Source: Gracilinanus agilis
Lineage: Eukaryota
DNA length: 58,071 bases
Assembly: GCF_016433145.1 (NCBI RefSeq)
Contig: NC_058132.1
Span: 88,863,392 to 88,921,462, forward strand
Reading direction: 5' to 3'
Shown in pieces: positions 1 to 12,799 of the stretch. A program made the position numbers and the translations under genes. Position 1 is the first letter of the stretch. The number at the start of each line of letters is the position of its first letter. The notes beneath the pieces were generated by a model. That model did not search any database. It had not been told where the DNA came from and was given only the letters and a program-made list of their open reading frames with translations.

Positions 1-280
1 GCAGATCCTAATTTTCTACTGCACAATTTGTGTAATATCAATAACAGAATGATAGGTTTAAAAATTAAAGACTTTGAACCCCAGAACTGTTTTATGATTA
101 TTAGTCAAAACACAGGAGGGAAGGTAAGTAGAATAGTTGTACAATGGAAAAATAAGAGGATGGATAAAGGTATGATATTATGGTATGAAACAGTGTCCAA
201 AGATAAAGTCCTAACTCTAAATTCTAAAATATTTTTCATTTTTTTAAGGGGATGGGATTTAACTTTGTGGGTTATTTTCC

Positions 281-1234
281 ATGGAAGACTTCAATGCCAG
301 TAGCATTCCTTCTTCTACATTCTATCTTACTGGAATTCCTGGTTATGAGGCAATACACCACTGGATCTCTATCCCCTTCTGCATCCTCTACTTTATTGGA
401 ATAGTAGGTAATTGCACAATCCTTCATGCTATCTGGAATGACCCAAGCCTCCATGAACCTATGTACTACTTCTTGGCGATGTTGTCTTTTTCAGACATGG
501 GCATGTCCCTTCCCACCCTCGCATCTGTCCTCCGAGTGTTGTGGTCTATTTCTAGGGAAATTGAATTCAACACTTGTGTGACACAGATGTTTTTCATCCA
601 TGCCTTCTCCTTCACAGAATCAGGAGTGCTCCTAGCAATGGCCTTTGATCGCTATGTAGCTATTTGCCATCCCCTAAGGTATGCCACCATCCTTACCCCA
701 CAACGTATTGCTAGAATTGGAATATTTGCTTTTCTTCGGAGCTCCCTCCCTGTCATTCCATTGATGATCCGACTGAAATACTTCCCATTCTGCCATTCCC
801 ATGTCCTCTCTCATTCTTACTGCCTGCATCAGGATATAATACGCCTGGTTTGTGCAGACACCAAATTTAACTTTATCTATGGGTTACTACTGGTCACTCT
901 ATTCTGGGGATTAGATTCTCTGGGCATCTTGGTGTCTTACATCTTCATCCTTCAATCTGTGTTGAGCATTGCTACATGGGAGGAGAGACTGAAGGCCCTG
1001 AACACATGTGCCTCTCACATCTGTGCTGTTCTCATCCTCTATGTGCCCATGATTGGCCTTTCCATTGTCCATCCTTTTGCCAAGCATGCCTCTCCTCTTG
1101 TGCATGTCCTCATGGCTGACATCTACCTGCTAGTGCCTCCTGTTCTCAATCCCATCATCTACAGTGTGAAAAACAAGAAAATTCGTAGGGGGATCATTCA
1201 CCTGATCACCCCCAAGAGATTTCACTCCACCTAG
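281..1234 (+). CDS. Class I olfactory receptor, OR51 family, intact single-exon CDS (317 aa)
   Basis: ATG at 281. OR motifs LHEPMYYFL, MAFDRYVAICHPLRY, SHSYCLHQD, KALNTCASH, PPVLNPIIYSVK. N-terminal NAS sequon. Acceptor-like TTTTTTTAAG about 30 nt upstream. Exact orthologue not recognised. Confidence 0.96.
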   Translation: MEDFNASSIPSSTFYLTGIPGYEAIHHWISIPFCILYFIGIVGNCTILHAIWNDPSLHEPMYYFLAMLSFSDMGMSLPTLASVLRVLWSISREIEFNTCVTQMFFIHAFSFTESGVLLAMAFDRYVAICHPLRYATILTPQRIARIGIFAFLRSSLPVIPLMIRLKYFPFCHSHVLSHSYCLHQDIIRLVCADTKFNFIYGLLLVTLFWGLDSLGILVSYIFILQSVLSIATWEERLKALNTCASHICAVLILYVPMIGLSIVHPFAKHASPLVHVLMADIYLLVPPVLNPIIYSVKNKKIRRGIIHLITPKRFHST

Positions 1235-1265
1235 AGGTAAGTGCTACTAAAAGACAATCTAATAA

Positions 1266-1450
1266 GGGGGCAGCTGGGTCGCTCAGTGGATTGAGAGTCA
1301 GGGCTAGAGACAGGAGGTCCTAGGTTCAAATCTTGCCTCAGCCACTTCCCAGCTCTGTGACCCTGGGCAAGTCACTTAACCCCCATTGCCCACCCTTACC
1401 ACTCTTCCACCTATGAGTCAATAAACAGAAGTTAAGGATTTAAAAAAAAA
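1266..1450 (+). mobile_element. tRNA-derived SINE (SINE1_Mdo-like) in OR 3' flank
   Basis: GGGGCAGCTGGG head, A-box-like GCTCAGTGG, B-box GGTTCAAATC, A tail. TSD aaaagacaatc(t/c)aat at 1249-1263 and 1448-1462. Confidence 0.93.
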
Positions 1451-1509
1451 AGACAATCCAATGAAGCTCATCATGTTGAGGGCCTGAGAAGAGTACCGAT
1501 AGGTATAGA

Positions 1510-3250
1510 AGTTTCATGAGTATTAGTCTTCCCAGCTCCTCACATATACAGAGATACTCATGCAAGGAACAGGAACACATACATGCACAAACCATTAATT
1601 ATATAGTATATGTAAGAAGGAAAGAAAATAGAAGTAATAGTAACAAAATTGAAGAAAGTCACCATCTACAATCATTCAAACAGCCTTAGTTCCTATCAAG
1701 TCAATCTCTCTGTAATACAACTATCTCTCTAACTGATTTATCTAGAGCTCAATCTTTGTAGTACTGTTGTGAGGAAGATTTGGCCAGTACAGCTAAAGGG
1801 CCTGAGGGTGGCTTTGGGGCTCACAGTTATCCAAGGATGATCACAGGATGCCAAGAGCCAAGGTAGAGAGAGTGTGTTTGAGATGCTGTCCACCAGATCC
1901 CAAACTCCTCCTCCACTTGCTGCAGCTCTGCAGGTATTATGCACTTGCTGAAAGCCTCCACCACTCAAGATCCCAGAGAATCAGGATGCCGGGTTTCCTT
2001 AACTCTGAGATCTCCCAGGGCTAGCAACAGTTTGTGCCAACCACTAATGGAGTCCTTCCCAGAGCACAAGCCCTACTTCCTGCTCCTTCATTCCATCTTG
2101 GAATCCTCCAGCACTTCCTCCTAGGTCCATATAAACTATATGCAACTAATACTACATAATCTTCCTCACAACAGTTCCTACCCCATTGCAACCTATCCCT
2201 CACTGGATATGTATAGATTTGATACTAAATATTATCTACAGAAGCTATTTTGTTTGATGTTCTTACTTGAATTAATCAATGATTCCTTTTGAAGAAGAAA
2301 TGTCATTTTCAATGCAATGAATTATATAAATTACTCTTGTATTTCATCAAGTGCTAGGCTTTTGTGAATTGTATTTGAAGTCAATGCTTTTGCCTGCTAA
2401 AAATCATCTTTCATGAGTTGGTGTCAATATGGCACCTTAGATGCAGTATAAGTCAAGTCCTCTCTGAAAACTTTTGTACTAATCAAAAACAAAGAGCTTA
2501 GAGGGGTACACAAAACCAAATACAACAATTTGATTGGACAGAGCTGGGGGACCCTCCTGCTACATTCAATTTAAAAAGATATGCAGTGGAGGTTGAATTC
2601 TCTGGTTTAAGGAAAGGAAAGAAGGAAGGTCCTAGGACCCTTCCCCCACTTACTGTTCTGAGACTAGGGTGGTTGCTAGGATCTCAAACCAAGGGCTCCT
2701 CCCCACAGGGATTGCCTTGCTATCATAGGTACTAGAGGCACAGGGCTCTGTCTATAGCTGGCAGGGAGGGTAGTGAGGAGGTCAGTGTAGTTGCAGTTGT
2801 CAAGTACCACTCCTCAATCTTGGGCCTCTGTCTTTGGAGGTTTTGGCCTTAGGGCACATTGAGCTCTGCAAATCAATTTGGCCTACTTAATCCAGGCTTG
2901 GAATAGTGCAGATAAAAAGCCTTCAAAAGGCGGGGAAGCTCAATCTCCAACACCCCTCCCACACCAAGTGCACTGAGACCATGGTAAGATTCTAGCTGAA
3001 TGGGATGCCAGGGAGAAAGCTGCAACCATGATAGAGTACTTTGGTACAAACATGGGAAACTCATGGCTCTGACTAAAGCAGATGACAGGGAGGTGTCAGG
3101 CATGAAGGAAGAGAGGAGGGCAAGAGTAATTACCTTCAGCCTCCTTACATTTACATTAACCTTCATCCTCTGCTGGGAGCTAGAGAAGATCTGGCCTCAG
3201 GGCTCATTAATACAACATTGTGAGCTCCATAAGCCTAATCCAGTTAATTA
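1510..3250. mobile_element. GC-richer, LTR-like repeat block(s), unclassified
   Basis: Composition shift and LTR-like texture, with a possible terminus ...TATCTACA at 2240. No TSD established, and part could be L1 5' UTR. Confidence 0.3.
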
Positions 3251-4254
3251 GCAGAGAAGATAAGAAGCCCCCTTCAGGACAGAATAGCTCAACCCACAGA
3301 TCCAGCAAATAAACAGAAGAGCAAGAATGTAGCTAATGATGGGGGAGAAAAAAGAAAAAAATATGAGAAAATAACTGAGAAAGAAAAAAAAATTTATAAT
3401 CAACAGCTTTTATCCAGATAATGACCAAAAAACAAATGTAACAGAGGAGGACCAAGGAGTACCAAGAAAAAACTCTGAAACTCCAGCAAATTTGACACAG
3501 GTTTTGGAAGAGCTCAAAACAAAATTCAAAAAACAATTAAGAGAGGTTAAGAAAATTGGGAAATAACTCAAAAAGCAAAATAGGCACATAAACTGCACAA
3601 GAAAATAGAGCCTTGAAAGTGAGAATTGACTAGATTGAAAAGGAGGCAAAGAAAGTGAAAGATGACCTATAAACGAAAACAGACCAAAATGAAAAGGATG
3701 ATCAAAAAACCAGTGATAAAATTAATTTTTTAAAAATAAGAATCCAACAACTAGAAGCAAATGACTTCACAAGGCAATAAGAGTCTATAAAACAAAATCA
3801 AAAGAATGAAAAAATTGAGGAAAATATGAAACATCTCAATGATAAAATTATAAACTGGGAAAATAGATACAGAAGAGATCATTCTATAGGAAAATATCCA
3901 AGAAAACTGCCTGGACATTCTTGAAGAAGAAGGAAAAGTGGAGATTGAAAAAATCCACAGATCACCTCCTGCATTAAATCACCAATTCACAATGCCCAGG
4001 AATGTTATAGCCAAGTTCAAGAATTTCCATACCAAGGAAAAGATACAACAAACTTCTAAAAAGAAACTATTCAGATATCATGCAGCCACAGTTAGGATAA
4101 CACAGGACTTGACTGCATCCACACTGAAAGACAAGAAGTCATGGAATATGATATTCTGGAAACCAAGGGAACTGGGTCTTCAACCAAGAATCAACTACCC
4201 CCAAATATATATATATATAATATGGTTATTTAATAAAATAGAAGACTTCTAAGT

Positions 4255-4500
4255 ATTTGTTTTTTTATTTTTTTGGAAAATTTTTTCCATGGTTACATGA
4301 TTCATGTTCTTGCTCTCTCTCCCCCTACTTCCACCCCCACAGCCAATGTACATTTCCACTGGTTTCTTTATGTGTCATTGCTCAAGACCTATTCTAGGGT
4401 GGTCATTAAAAGTCTACATCCCAAATTGTGCCCTCATCAACCCATGTGTTCAAACAGTTGTTTTTCTTCTGTGTTTCTACTCCTGTAGTTCTTCCTCTGA
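4255..4500 (-). mobile_element. Short 5'-truncated L1 3' end inserted antisense into L1 ORF1
   Basis: Reverse complement of the L1 3' UTR seen at 36840-37090 (ccatggttacatgattcatgttct...cttcctctgaa) with a T-rich tail at about 4255-4275. Host ORF1 resumes at about 4510. Confidence 0.9.
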
Positions 4501-4877
4501 ACGTTCCTCTTTAGCATTTCTAAAGAAAAGACCTGACTTAAAAAGAAAATTTGATACCCAAACACAGAACTCAAGAGAATCACCAAAAGATAATTAGGAA
4601 AGGGAAAAAATATTTTTAAGGGACCCAATGAGTTCAAATGATTTGTACTCTTAAAAGAAAAGATGATATTGGTAACTCTTAAGAATTGTTATTATCATCA
4701 GGTTAGCTAGAAGTATACTTAGACGATACACTGACAAATTGTATAGGATATGTAAATATATATATATAAAGCTAGGGGCAAAAAAGAGAATAATTCTAAG
4801 GGAAATGGGAAAAGAGATAAAACGGGGTAAAACATTTAATAAAGAAGTCCATGGGGCAAGGGGGGCGGAGAAGACTA

Positions 4878-5726
4878 AAAAAAAGAGATAAAGGGAGGAG
4901 ACCCTGAGTGGATAGAATAGTTTTCACTTAGAGGATCCCCCTTAATACCCATCCAGGTATTCTAAACTATTGTTAATAGAGTGAAACAGAATCACTTTTT
5001 CTCAATGGGTCAGTTTTGCAAATACCTTGGAGACAATCGATTAAAAAAACAATATCTCTTTTATTATGAGAGGGGATATAAACTGAGGATCAGAATAAGG
5101 GGTCCCTAATTCTAATGGATCTAGCTAGTAACTACACAATCTTCTATGTTCCTCAAAAGAGGAAGCCTTTGGGTCTTCTGGCTAACTTACCAGCTCCCTA
5201 TTTCTATCTAGTTGTTCCCCCAAAGCTGACTAAGCTACCTCTCTATGATCCTCAGTAGTCGGTTCGATTTAGTTCACAAGCTATCTCTGAAAACTGTTCA
5301 TGATTGATCTCAAGTGGCTAAGTTCACCCCATGAGGTCTGACCCTTGAGGTAAAACCTCAAAGCCAATCTGATAGGATTTTTAGATAAAAACCTTCTGAA
5401 AAACACAGCAGGTATGGTAAGATCCTTTTTCTAGATGTTTCCCAGTCAAAAAGAGTACCTCCAAAGATGGTTTATGGGTTTACTCCTTCTCCATAGCCAG
5501 GTTAAGGTCTACAAGCTCTGACAAGACATGTTTCCTCCTCCCTTCTGGACAGGAAGATGCCCAACCTCTTACAGGAAGTGACAACTCTAGCAGTTGTCAC
5601 TTCCAAACTGTTTCTGTTCTGCCTTCTGCCTGCTAAAATCATTTCCCTTGAGTTCCTAGTATGAGCCTTAAAGATAGTCTTCCACTTCTTTTAAATCTTA
5701 TCCTTATCTCTATCATTTTCCCATTA
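4878..5726. mobile_element. About 850-bp insertion in the L1 inter-ORF spacer, LTR-like, unclassified
   Basis: Non-L1 sequence flanked by an imperfect about 35-bp repeat of the spacer (4841-4877 and 5727-5761). Contains GGAAGTG motifs and a 13-bp hairpin. Confidence 0.5.
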
Positions 5727-8700
5727 AAAGAAGCCCATGGGGTGGGTGGGTGGGAAGACCAATACAATTGAAGGGTGGAAAAGATCAGGTAAAACTTACA
5801 TCTTTCCCACATTGAAATTCACTCAGAGAGGGAAGAACAGTCAGATCCATGAGGACAGAGAATTGTATCATGCCTTATAAAGAAGTACAAGGGAAATAAA
5901 TGGGCTGGTGGGGAGGGGAGAAAATCAAGAGAGGGAAAGGTGTGGGGGTAATTTAAAAGATACTAGTGAGAGGGGAATAATCAAGAGGGGAGGGGTTGGG
6001 AAGGAGAGTAACATTAAAGAGAGGAAATGGGAGAGACTGACAAAAAGTGGAAAGTTGGAGGGGAGGGAAAGAGGGATAAGAGAAAAGGCAGAATCAAAGG
6101 AGGAACTAAAAATGGAAGAAAATAGACAGATAGTAATTGTAATTATGGATGTCAATGGGATCAACTCACCAATAAAAAGGAAGCATATCGTAGAAAGGAT
6201 TAAAAACCAGAATCTACCATATGTTGTCTAAAAGAAAATCACTTGAGGCAGGTAGACATGCAAAGGGTAAAGATAAGAGGGTGGGGCAGAATTTATTGGG
6301 CTGAAACTGAAACAAAAAAGGCAGGAGTAGCAATTACAATCTAAAACTGCAAAAATAGATCTCATTAAAAGAGATAAGGAAGATAATTACATCTTGATGA
6401 TAGGCAGTATAAATAAAGAAACAATATCAGTACTCAACATATATGCACCAAACTGTAGAGCTTTCAGATTTCTAAAGGAGAAATTAAAGGAGCTAAAGGA
6501 GGAAATAGATAGTAAAATCATACTAATGGGGGACCTCAACCTTCCTCTATCAGAAGTAGATAAATTGGCAGAAAAAATAAATAAGAAGTAAGGGAAATGA
6601 ATGAAATGTTAGAAAAATTAGAGATAATAAATATCTAGAGAAAAACAAATAGGGATGAATAGAATATACCTGCTTTTCAGCAGCATATGGCACAATACAA
6701 AGAATGACCATTTACTAGGGCATAAAAACATTACAAACAAATATAGAAAAGCAGAAATAATAAATGCATTTTTCAGACCATAAAAAAATAAAAATCATCA
6801 TCAATAAGAGCTTATGGAAAGGCAGATTTAAAATTAATTGGACACTAAATAATCTAATTTTTCAAGTCAGTGGGTCAAAGAAAAATTTGAAAGAAATAAT
6901 TACTGATTTCATTTAAAAGAATGACAATGAGAAAACAACTTATCAAAATCTATGGAATGCAGCCAAAGTAGTACTCAGGGTAAAATTTATATCCCTGAGT
7001 GCATATATCAACCAATCAGAGAGGGAAAAATACATCAATGAATTAGGCATGCAACATAAAATACTAGAAAGAGAACAACTTAAAAATCTCCAGATAAAAA
7101 CTAAATTGGAAATAAAAAATCAAAAGAGAAATTACTAAAATTGAACATAAAAACTTTTGAATTAATAAATAAGACTAGGAGCTGGTGCTCTGAAAAAACA
7201 AATAAAATATATAAAGTACTTGTTAATATAATAAAATAAGAAAGAAGAAAATAAAGTTAATAATATGAAAGATGAAAAGGGTGTCCTCACCTCAAATGAA
7301 GAAGAAATGAAAGTTATTAAGACTATTTTGCCCAATTATATGGCAATAAATATGACAATCTTGGTGAAATAGGTGAATATTATAAAAAATATAAATTGTC
7401 TAGATTAACAAAAGAGGAAATAGAATACTTAAACAATCCTATCTCAGAAAAAGAAATTTAATAATTCATAAAAGAACTACTTAAGAAAAAATCCTGAGGT
7501 TCAGATGGATTCACAAATGAATTCTATCAAACATTTAAAGAACAATTAATCCCAATACTATACAAACTATTGGTCAAAATAAGCAAAGAAGGAGTTTTAC
7601 CAAATTCCTTTTAGGATACTAATATGGTACTGATTCCAAAGCCAGGCAGACTAAAAACAGAGAAAGAAAACTACAAACTAATTTCCTTAATGAACATAGA
7701 TGTAAAAAATCTTAAATGGAATATTAGCAAAAATTCTCCAGAAAGTGATCACGCTGATTATTCACTATGATCAGGTGGGATTTATGCCAGGAATGCAAGG
7801 GTTTTTTTAATATTAGGAAAGTCATCCATTTAATTGACCTTATCAACAACCAAACCAACAAAAATCACATGCTTATCTCAATAGATGCAGAAAAAGCCTT
7901 TCACAAAATGCAATACTCATTCCTATTGAAAACAATAGAAAATATAGAAATAGATGGATCATTCCTTAAAATAATAAACAGTATATATTTAAAACAATCA
8001 GCAAATATCACGTGCAATGGGAGCAAGTAAGAAGTCTTCCAATAAGATTAGGAAGGAAGGAAGGATGCCCATTATCATCTCTATTATTTAACATTGTACT
8101 AGAAACACTAGCAATAGCAATTAGAGAAGAAAAATAAACAGAAGGTATTAAAATAGGCAATGAGGAGACTAAGCTATCACTCTTTGCAGATGATATAATG
8201 GTATACTTAAAGAATTCAAGAAAATCAAATAAAAGGCTAGTGGGAATAATTAACAACATTAGCAAAGTTGCAGTGTACAAAATAAATGCACATAAATCAT
8301 CAGCATTTATATATATACATATATATGTATATATTCAACAAAACTCAGGAGCAAGAATTAGAAAGAGAAATTCCATTTAAAATCACTCTAGACAATATAA
8401 CACATTTAGGAATGTATTTGCAAAGGCAAACACAGGAATTATATGAACACAACCACACAATATTATTCACACAATTAAAACTAGATCTAAATAATTGGAA
8501 AAAAACATTAATTGCTCATGAGTAGGATGAACTAATATAACAAAAATGATAATCCTACCCAAATTGATCTACATAATCAGTGCCATACCTATCAAACTAC
8601 CAAACAACTTTTTATACAATTGTAATAAAGATCAACTGGAGGAACAAAAGATCAAGTATTTTAAAGGAAATAATGAAAAAATGTGGACAGGGACATTGCA

Positions 8701-9228
8701 GTACCAGATCTTAAACTGTACTATGAAACAATGATCACCAAAACCATATGGTACTGGCTAGCAGACAGAAGTGTGGATCAATGGAAAACTTCTAGGAAAA
8801 TTGGAAAATAGTGTGGGAAAAATTAGGTTTAGATCAATATCTTACACTCTATACCAAGATAAATTCAAAATTGGTATATGGCTTCAATATAAAGAATGAA
8901 CCTATAAATTATTTAGGTGAACATAGAATAGTATACCTGTCAGATCTGTGGGAAAGGAAGGAATTTAAGACCACACAAGAGATAAAGAACTTGCAAAATG
9001 TAAAATGAATAACTTTGATTATACCAAATTAAAAGTTTTTATACAAACAAAACCAATATTACCAAAATTAGAAGGAAAGGAACACACTCAGTGAATATTT
9101 TTATAACAAAACTCTGAAAAAATTTTAATTTCACAAATATATAAAGAACTATGTCAAATTTAACAAAAATGAAGCCATTCCCCAATAGACAAATGGTTAA
9201 GGGACATGAATAGGCAATTTTCACATGA

Positions 9229-9930
9229 TGTGAAAATAGTTCCTATATCTGTTGGTTGTGTACAGTTGGAACAATGACTTAATTGGACAAAAGTCAAGTT
9301 GAAGTAAAAGTAAAGGAAAATAAACCTGGGGGAATAAAGTGGTCAGAGATTGACCAAGGGTTTTTTCTTGTACTTAACAGAAAAATAAAAAATGTTGAAG
9401 AGTATTGGTTCTACTCCAATCAGTGATTCACAGTTGTATTTCAGAGAGAGTAAAACCTCCCATCACAAGGGACCATAGAGGTCCCTTAAGTGAAGAACTC
9501 CAAATCTTTATCTTAGCCATATCCCTGAAACCTTATCTTCCTTGGGAATTATCTAGCTTCACTGAGCAACAGGAGATTCTAGGAAAGAGTGAATATATAT
9601 ATGAACTCACCATAGTAGCTAACAACACAGGAAGAAACCTGACTACGCTGAGAGAAATCTTGAATCTGAGTGAGTTTTTAAAAGGTAAGTAGGAGGCAAG
9701 GATGGTGGACAGATGAGGTCAGAAATAGAAAATTAATCTAGGGACCTCAAGTTAGGATTGGAGATGGAGGAAATATTACAGAAAGAACAAAATTAGGGTT
9801 GCTTGAACATTTTTGTTTTGATTTTTCTCAAGGTCTTATTAAGTTCATGGAATGTTTGGCCAACGTTAGTCTCTAGTTCAAATTGAAGATCCCTTGTCTT
9901 TCATGCCACATTAAACACAACAACCTTCCT
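9229..9930. mobile_element. LTR-like sequence that truncates the L1
   Basis: L1 homology stops abruptly at 9228 and is followed by TGTGAAAATAG. Right end and TSD not resolved. Confidence 0.35.
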
Positions 9931-11069
9931 CACCTCATCCTCACCTCCTTCCAATTAAGATCCTTTATAAAGGAAAAATTAATATTTGTAAACAGCTGAA
10001 ATACCATACTTGCCTCTTACCAGAAGCCATTCTTAACTTTAGAATCTCTGTCTTCCTAAATTTAGGGCTGAAAATTTCCCAAACATATGCCACCACCAGT
10101 TTATATAGGAAAACTATAAGGTTTTATATAAGTTTATATAGGAAAACTATAAGGAATCATTTCTGAGAATTCATAAAATTAATATATTTAAAAGATTTTT
10201 AATATCTCCAAAATAAACAATCTCATTTTTTCAAGGAGAAAATTGAGAACAAGGGAGGTTGTGACTTGTTCAAGGTCACAAAGTATCAAAAAACAAAACA
10301 GCATTCAAACTCAGATCTTCTGACAATAAATCTGGTACTCTTTCCATTCTGTCTTCTTGGCCATTACAATCAAACACTAGAAAACATTAGGGAGACAATT
10401 TAGTGAAAGAACATTGTACTAAACATAAGACAGAAGAGAAAATTATAACATCTCCAGTACAAAGGGTGACAATGACCAAAGAGGACTATTTCCAACATCA
10501 TAGTCTGATCTTAAAAATGGTCTCTTGATGTCCATTTTCCCTCTCATCAATCTTTTTTATTCTTCAGAGCAATGACTGGTGCTACCCTCATCCATCGTTC
10601 ATTCTAGGATACTAGTTGTCACTCTCTTTTCATTTTACTTCCTTTCCTATATAACATGTTAGTCAAATATTTCTCTTCTGCATGTTAATAATTTGTTGTT
10701 GTTGTCAGTTGTTTAGCTGTGTCTGCCTCCTCGTGTCTCTGTGGACCATTTAATTCTGTCTCTGGGATTTTATTGGAAAATATAGGAAGGGTTTGCCCTT
10801 TTCTTCTGCAATAGAAAATCTTTTGTCAGAATTCTCCACTATTATTTGTTCATTTTGGATATGCCTGTAATGGCATAATTTATATTTTTGTTGAGCTATG
10901 CAAATGCCTCTGCCATGACAAGGCAATGACTCAGGAAGAATTCTAATGGCTACCTATTCTTATGTTGTACATCCCATCCTGAAAAGATTGAAGACATGAA
11001 TATATTCATTATGATTCAAGTATCCTGTATAAACTATTTAAATTTCTTCTCTTTACCTCAAAATAATTA

Positions 11070-11310
11070 TAATAATAATGAAATAACTAGCATCAACATG
11101 TCCTTTGAGATCTGCAAGGTGTTTTACATGTTACGTTATTTGATCTTACAACTATACTCAGTAGGCGCCATTTCTTCCCATTTTAGAGTTGAGGAAATCA
11201 AAGCAGAGGGAGCTTAAATGCATTATCTAGAATTATACAATTAGTAAATATCTAATGCAGGATTCAAATTCAGATCTTCTCTAATCCAAGCCCCACATTT
11301 CTTCCACTAT
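11070..11310 (-). mobile_element. MIR-like SINE remnant
   Basis: Degenerate core cccattttagagttgaggaaatcaaagc and ggattcaaattcagatcttc. Confidence 0.6.
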
Positions 11311-11859
11311 GCCACCTGTTTGTCCTTTTGCAACCCATATCACATTGTAGGTTCAAAAACTGAGTAATCACTGCATCTTTGTAGGACATGACATATGACA
11401 TTCCATTAATAGAGTATTATTTCTCCACTACATTAATAGATATATGGTTTCAATTAAAAGCATAGCACTAAAATATACTTCCTGTGTTTTTTCTTCCTTT
11501 TTTCTTAAACTTCTCACATTATTAATAGACCATCAGATAGATAATCTAGGTAGTTCCTTATTCTGACGAGAACAAAGTAAAAAATAATAATTGCTGTTGT
11601 AGTCAAAGATTTTGGTTCAATTAGTATATCTGATCCTAACTAGTTGAATCTATTACTTGGAGATGATTATTGCATAGAAAAAGCTTGCCAAGAATTAAAG
11701 TGCTAAATATATATGATAATATTATTATTATTATCATCATTAAAGGTCAGGTTGTGAGCCAAGGGGCCTTGGCTATAATTAGATCCTCCTCATTTTATAA
11801 CCATGGCTATAAATGCTTTCCCTCTTCTATTTTGTCTCCTTTTTCCTTTAATTTTCCTT

Positions 11860-12112
11860 TAATTCTCATCTAAAGTCCCACCTTGACAAGAAACCACTCT
11901 TAGTCCTCCTCATTCTTATTCTCTTCCATCTAATATGAACCAATCCCCCATCTATCCAGGATATAAATTGTCTGGAAACGGTTATTTTCATGTTATCTCC
12001 ACATGAAGTGAGCTCCTTGATATCAGGTACTTTTTTGCTTTTCTTTCTATCTTCAGAGCTTAGCACAGTGCCTCCCACGTACAAGATGCTTAGTAAATGT
12101 TAGTTGGTTGAC
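11860..12112 (+). mobile_element. L2 LINE 3' end
   Basis: gtgagctccttga...cttagcacagtgcc...gcttagtaaatgttagttggttga, typical of an L2 terminus. Confidence 0.7.
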
Positions 12113-12559
12113 GGACAACTTTATAATTTTATAGATCAGAAGAAAAAGATCTAAGAGATCAAGTAACTTGACTATTGTCACAATAAGTAGCAGAGCTAAA
12201 ATTTAAACCCAGTTTCTCTGATTCTAGAAATATCTGGCTTTCTGCAGTATCACACTTTGTTCCAAACTCACTGAGAACTTAAAATACTCTAGGTAAGTAC
12301 TTTTTTCCTGGCTTTATATATTCATTTATAGATAAGAAGAGGCCAGAAATGGGAAGAGAATTCTCCAAAAAATATTTAGGTAAGCATAAAATATTTATGT
12401 AAGCATTGAATAAAATGAATGAATCTGAGCTGTTAAAAACAAAGGCAATAGAGGAAATCTGTATTGTCATAGTAAGTCATTTTAAGAGGCATTACCCCAT
12501 AAACAAGGGTACAACAGAAAAAGACAAACAGATTTTAAAAGAATGACAAAATATAAATG

Positions 12560-12780
12560 ATCAGCTATGTGGCAGAATGGAAAGAATGCTGAGCTTGATT
12601 CAGGAAGACAGGATTTCTAATTCAGTCTCAGGCATTCACTAGCTTTGTGACCCTGGATAAGTAACCTCACTTCCTTTTGCTTCAGTTTCTTCAACTGTAA
12701 AATAATGATATTAATAGCAACTAACTACCATGGTTGTTGTAAGGACAAAATTAAGGACAGAATCATAAAGTGCTTAACAC
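12560..12780 (+). mobile_element. MIR SINE
   Basis: ctagctttgtgaccctggataagtaacctcac...cagtttcttcaactgtaaaat core. Confidence 0.75.
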
Positions 12781-12799
12781 ATATATGGATATAAAATTT

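Larger units (their letters stand above)
3270..9228 (+). mobile_element. Degraded near-full-length LINE-1 (ORF1 about 3330-4600; ORF2 about 6112-9228), interrupted and 3'-truncated
   Basis: ORF1p pieces IEKIHRSPP, PRNVIAKF, RITQDL, LGLQPRINYP, FLKKRPDL. ORF2 endonuclease pieces (VNGINSPIKRK, NIYAPN, GDLN) and RT pieces (ISIDAEKAF; F-A-D-D at 8183-8194). Many stops and frameshifts. Confidence 0.95.

Noticed and set aside
1266-1340. tRNA-like A/B boxes in several places
   Set aside because: These are SINE heads with TSDs and A tails, not tRNA genes.
10098-10154. 24-bp direct repeat agtttatataggaaaactataagg with a 9-bp spacer
   Set aside because: Only two units in AT-rich DNA; a local slippage duplication, not an array or CRISPR-like structure.
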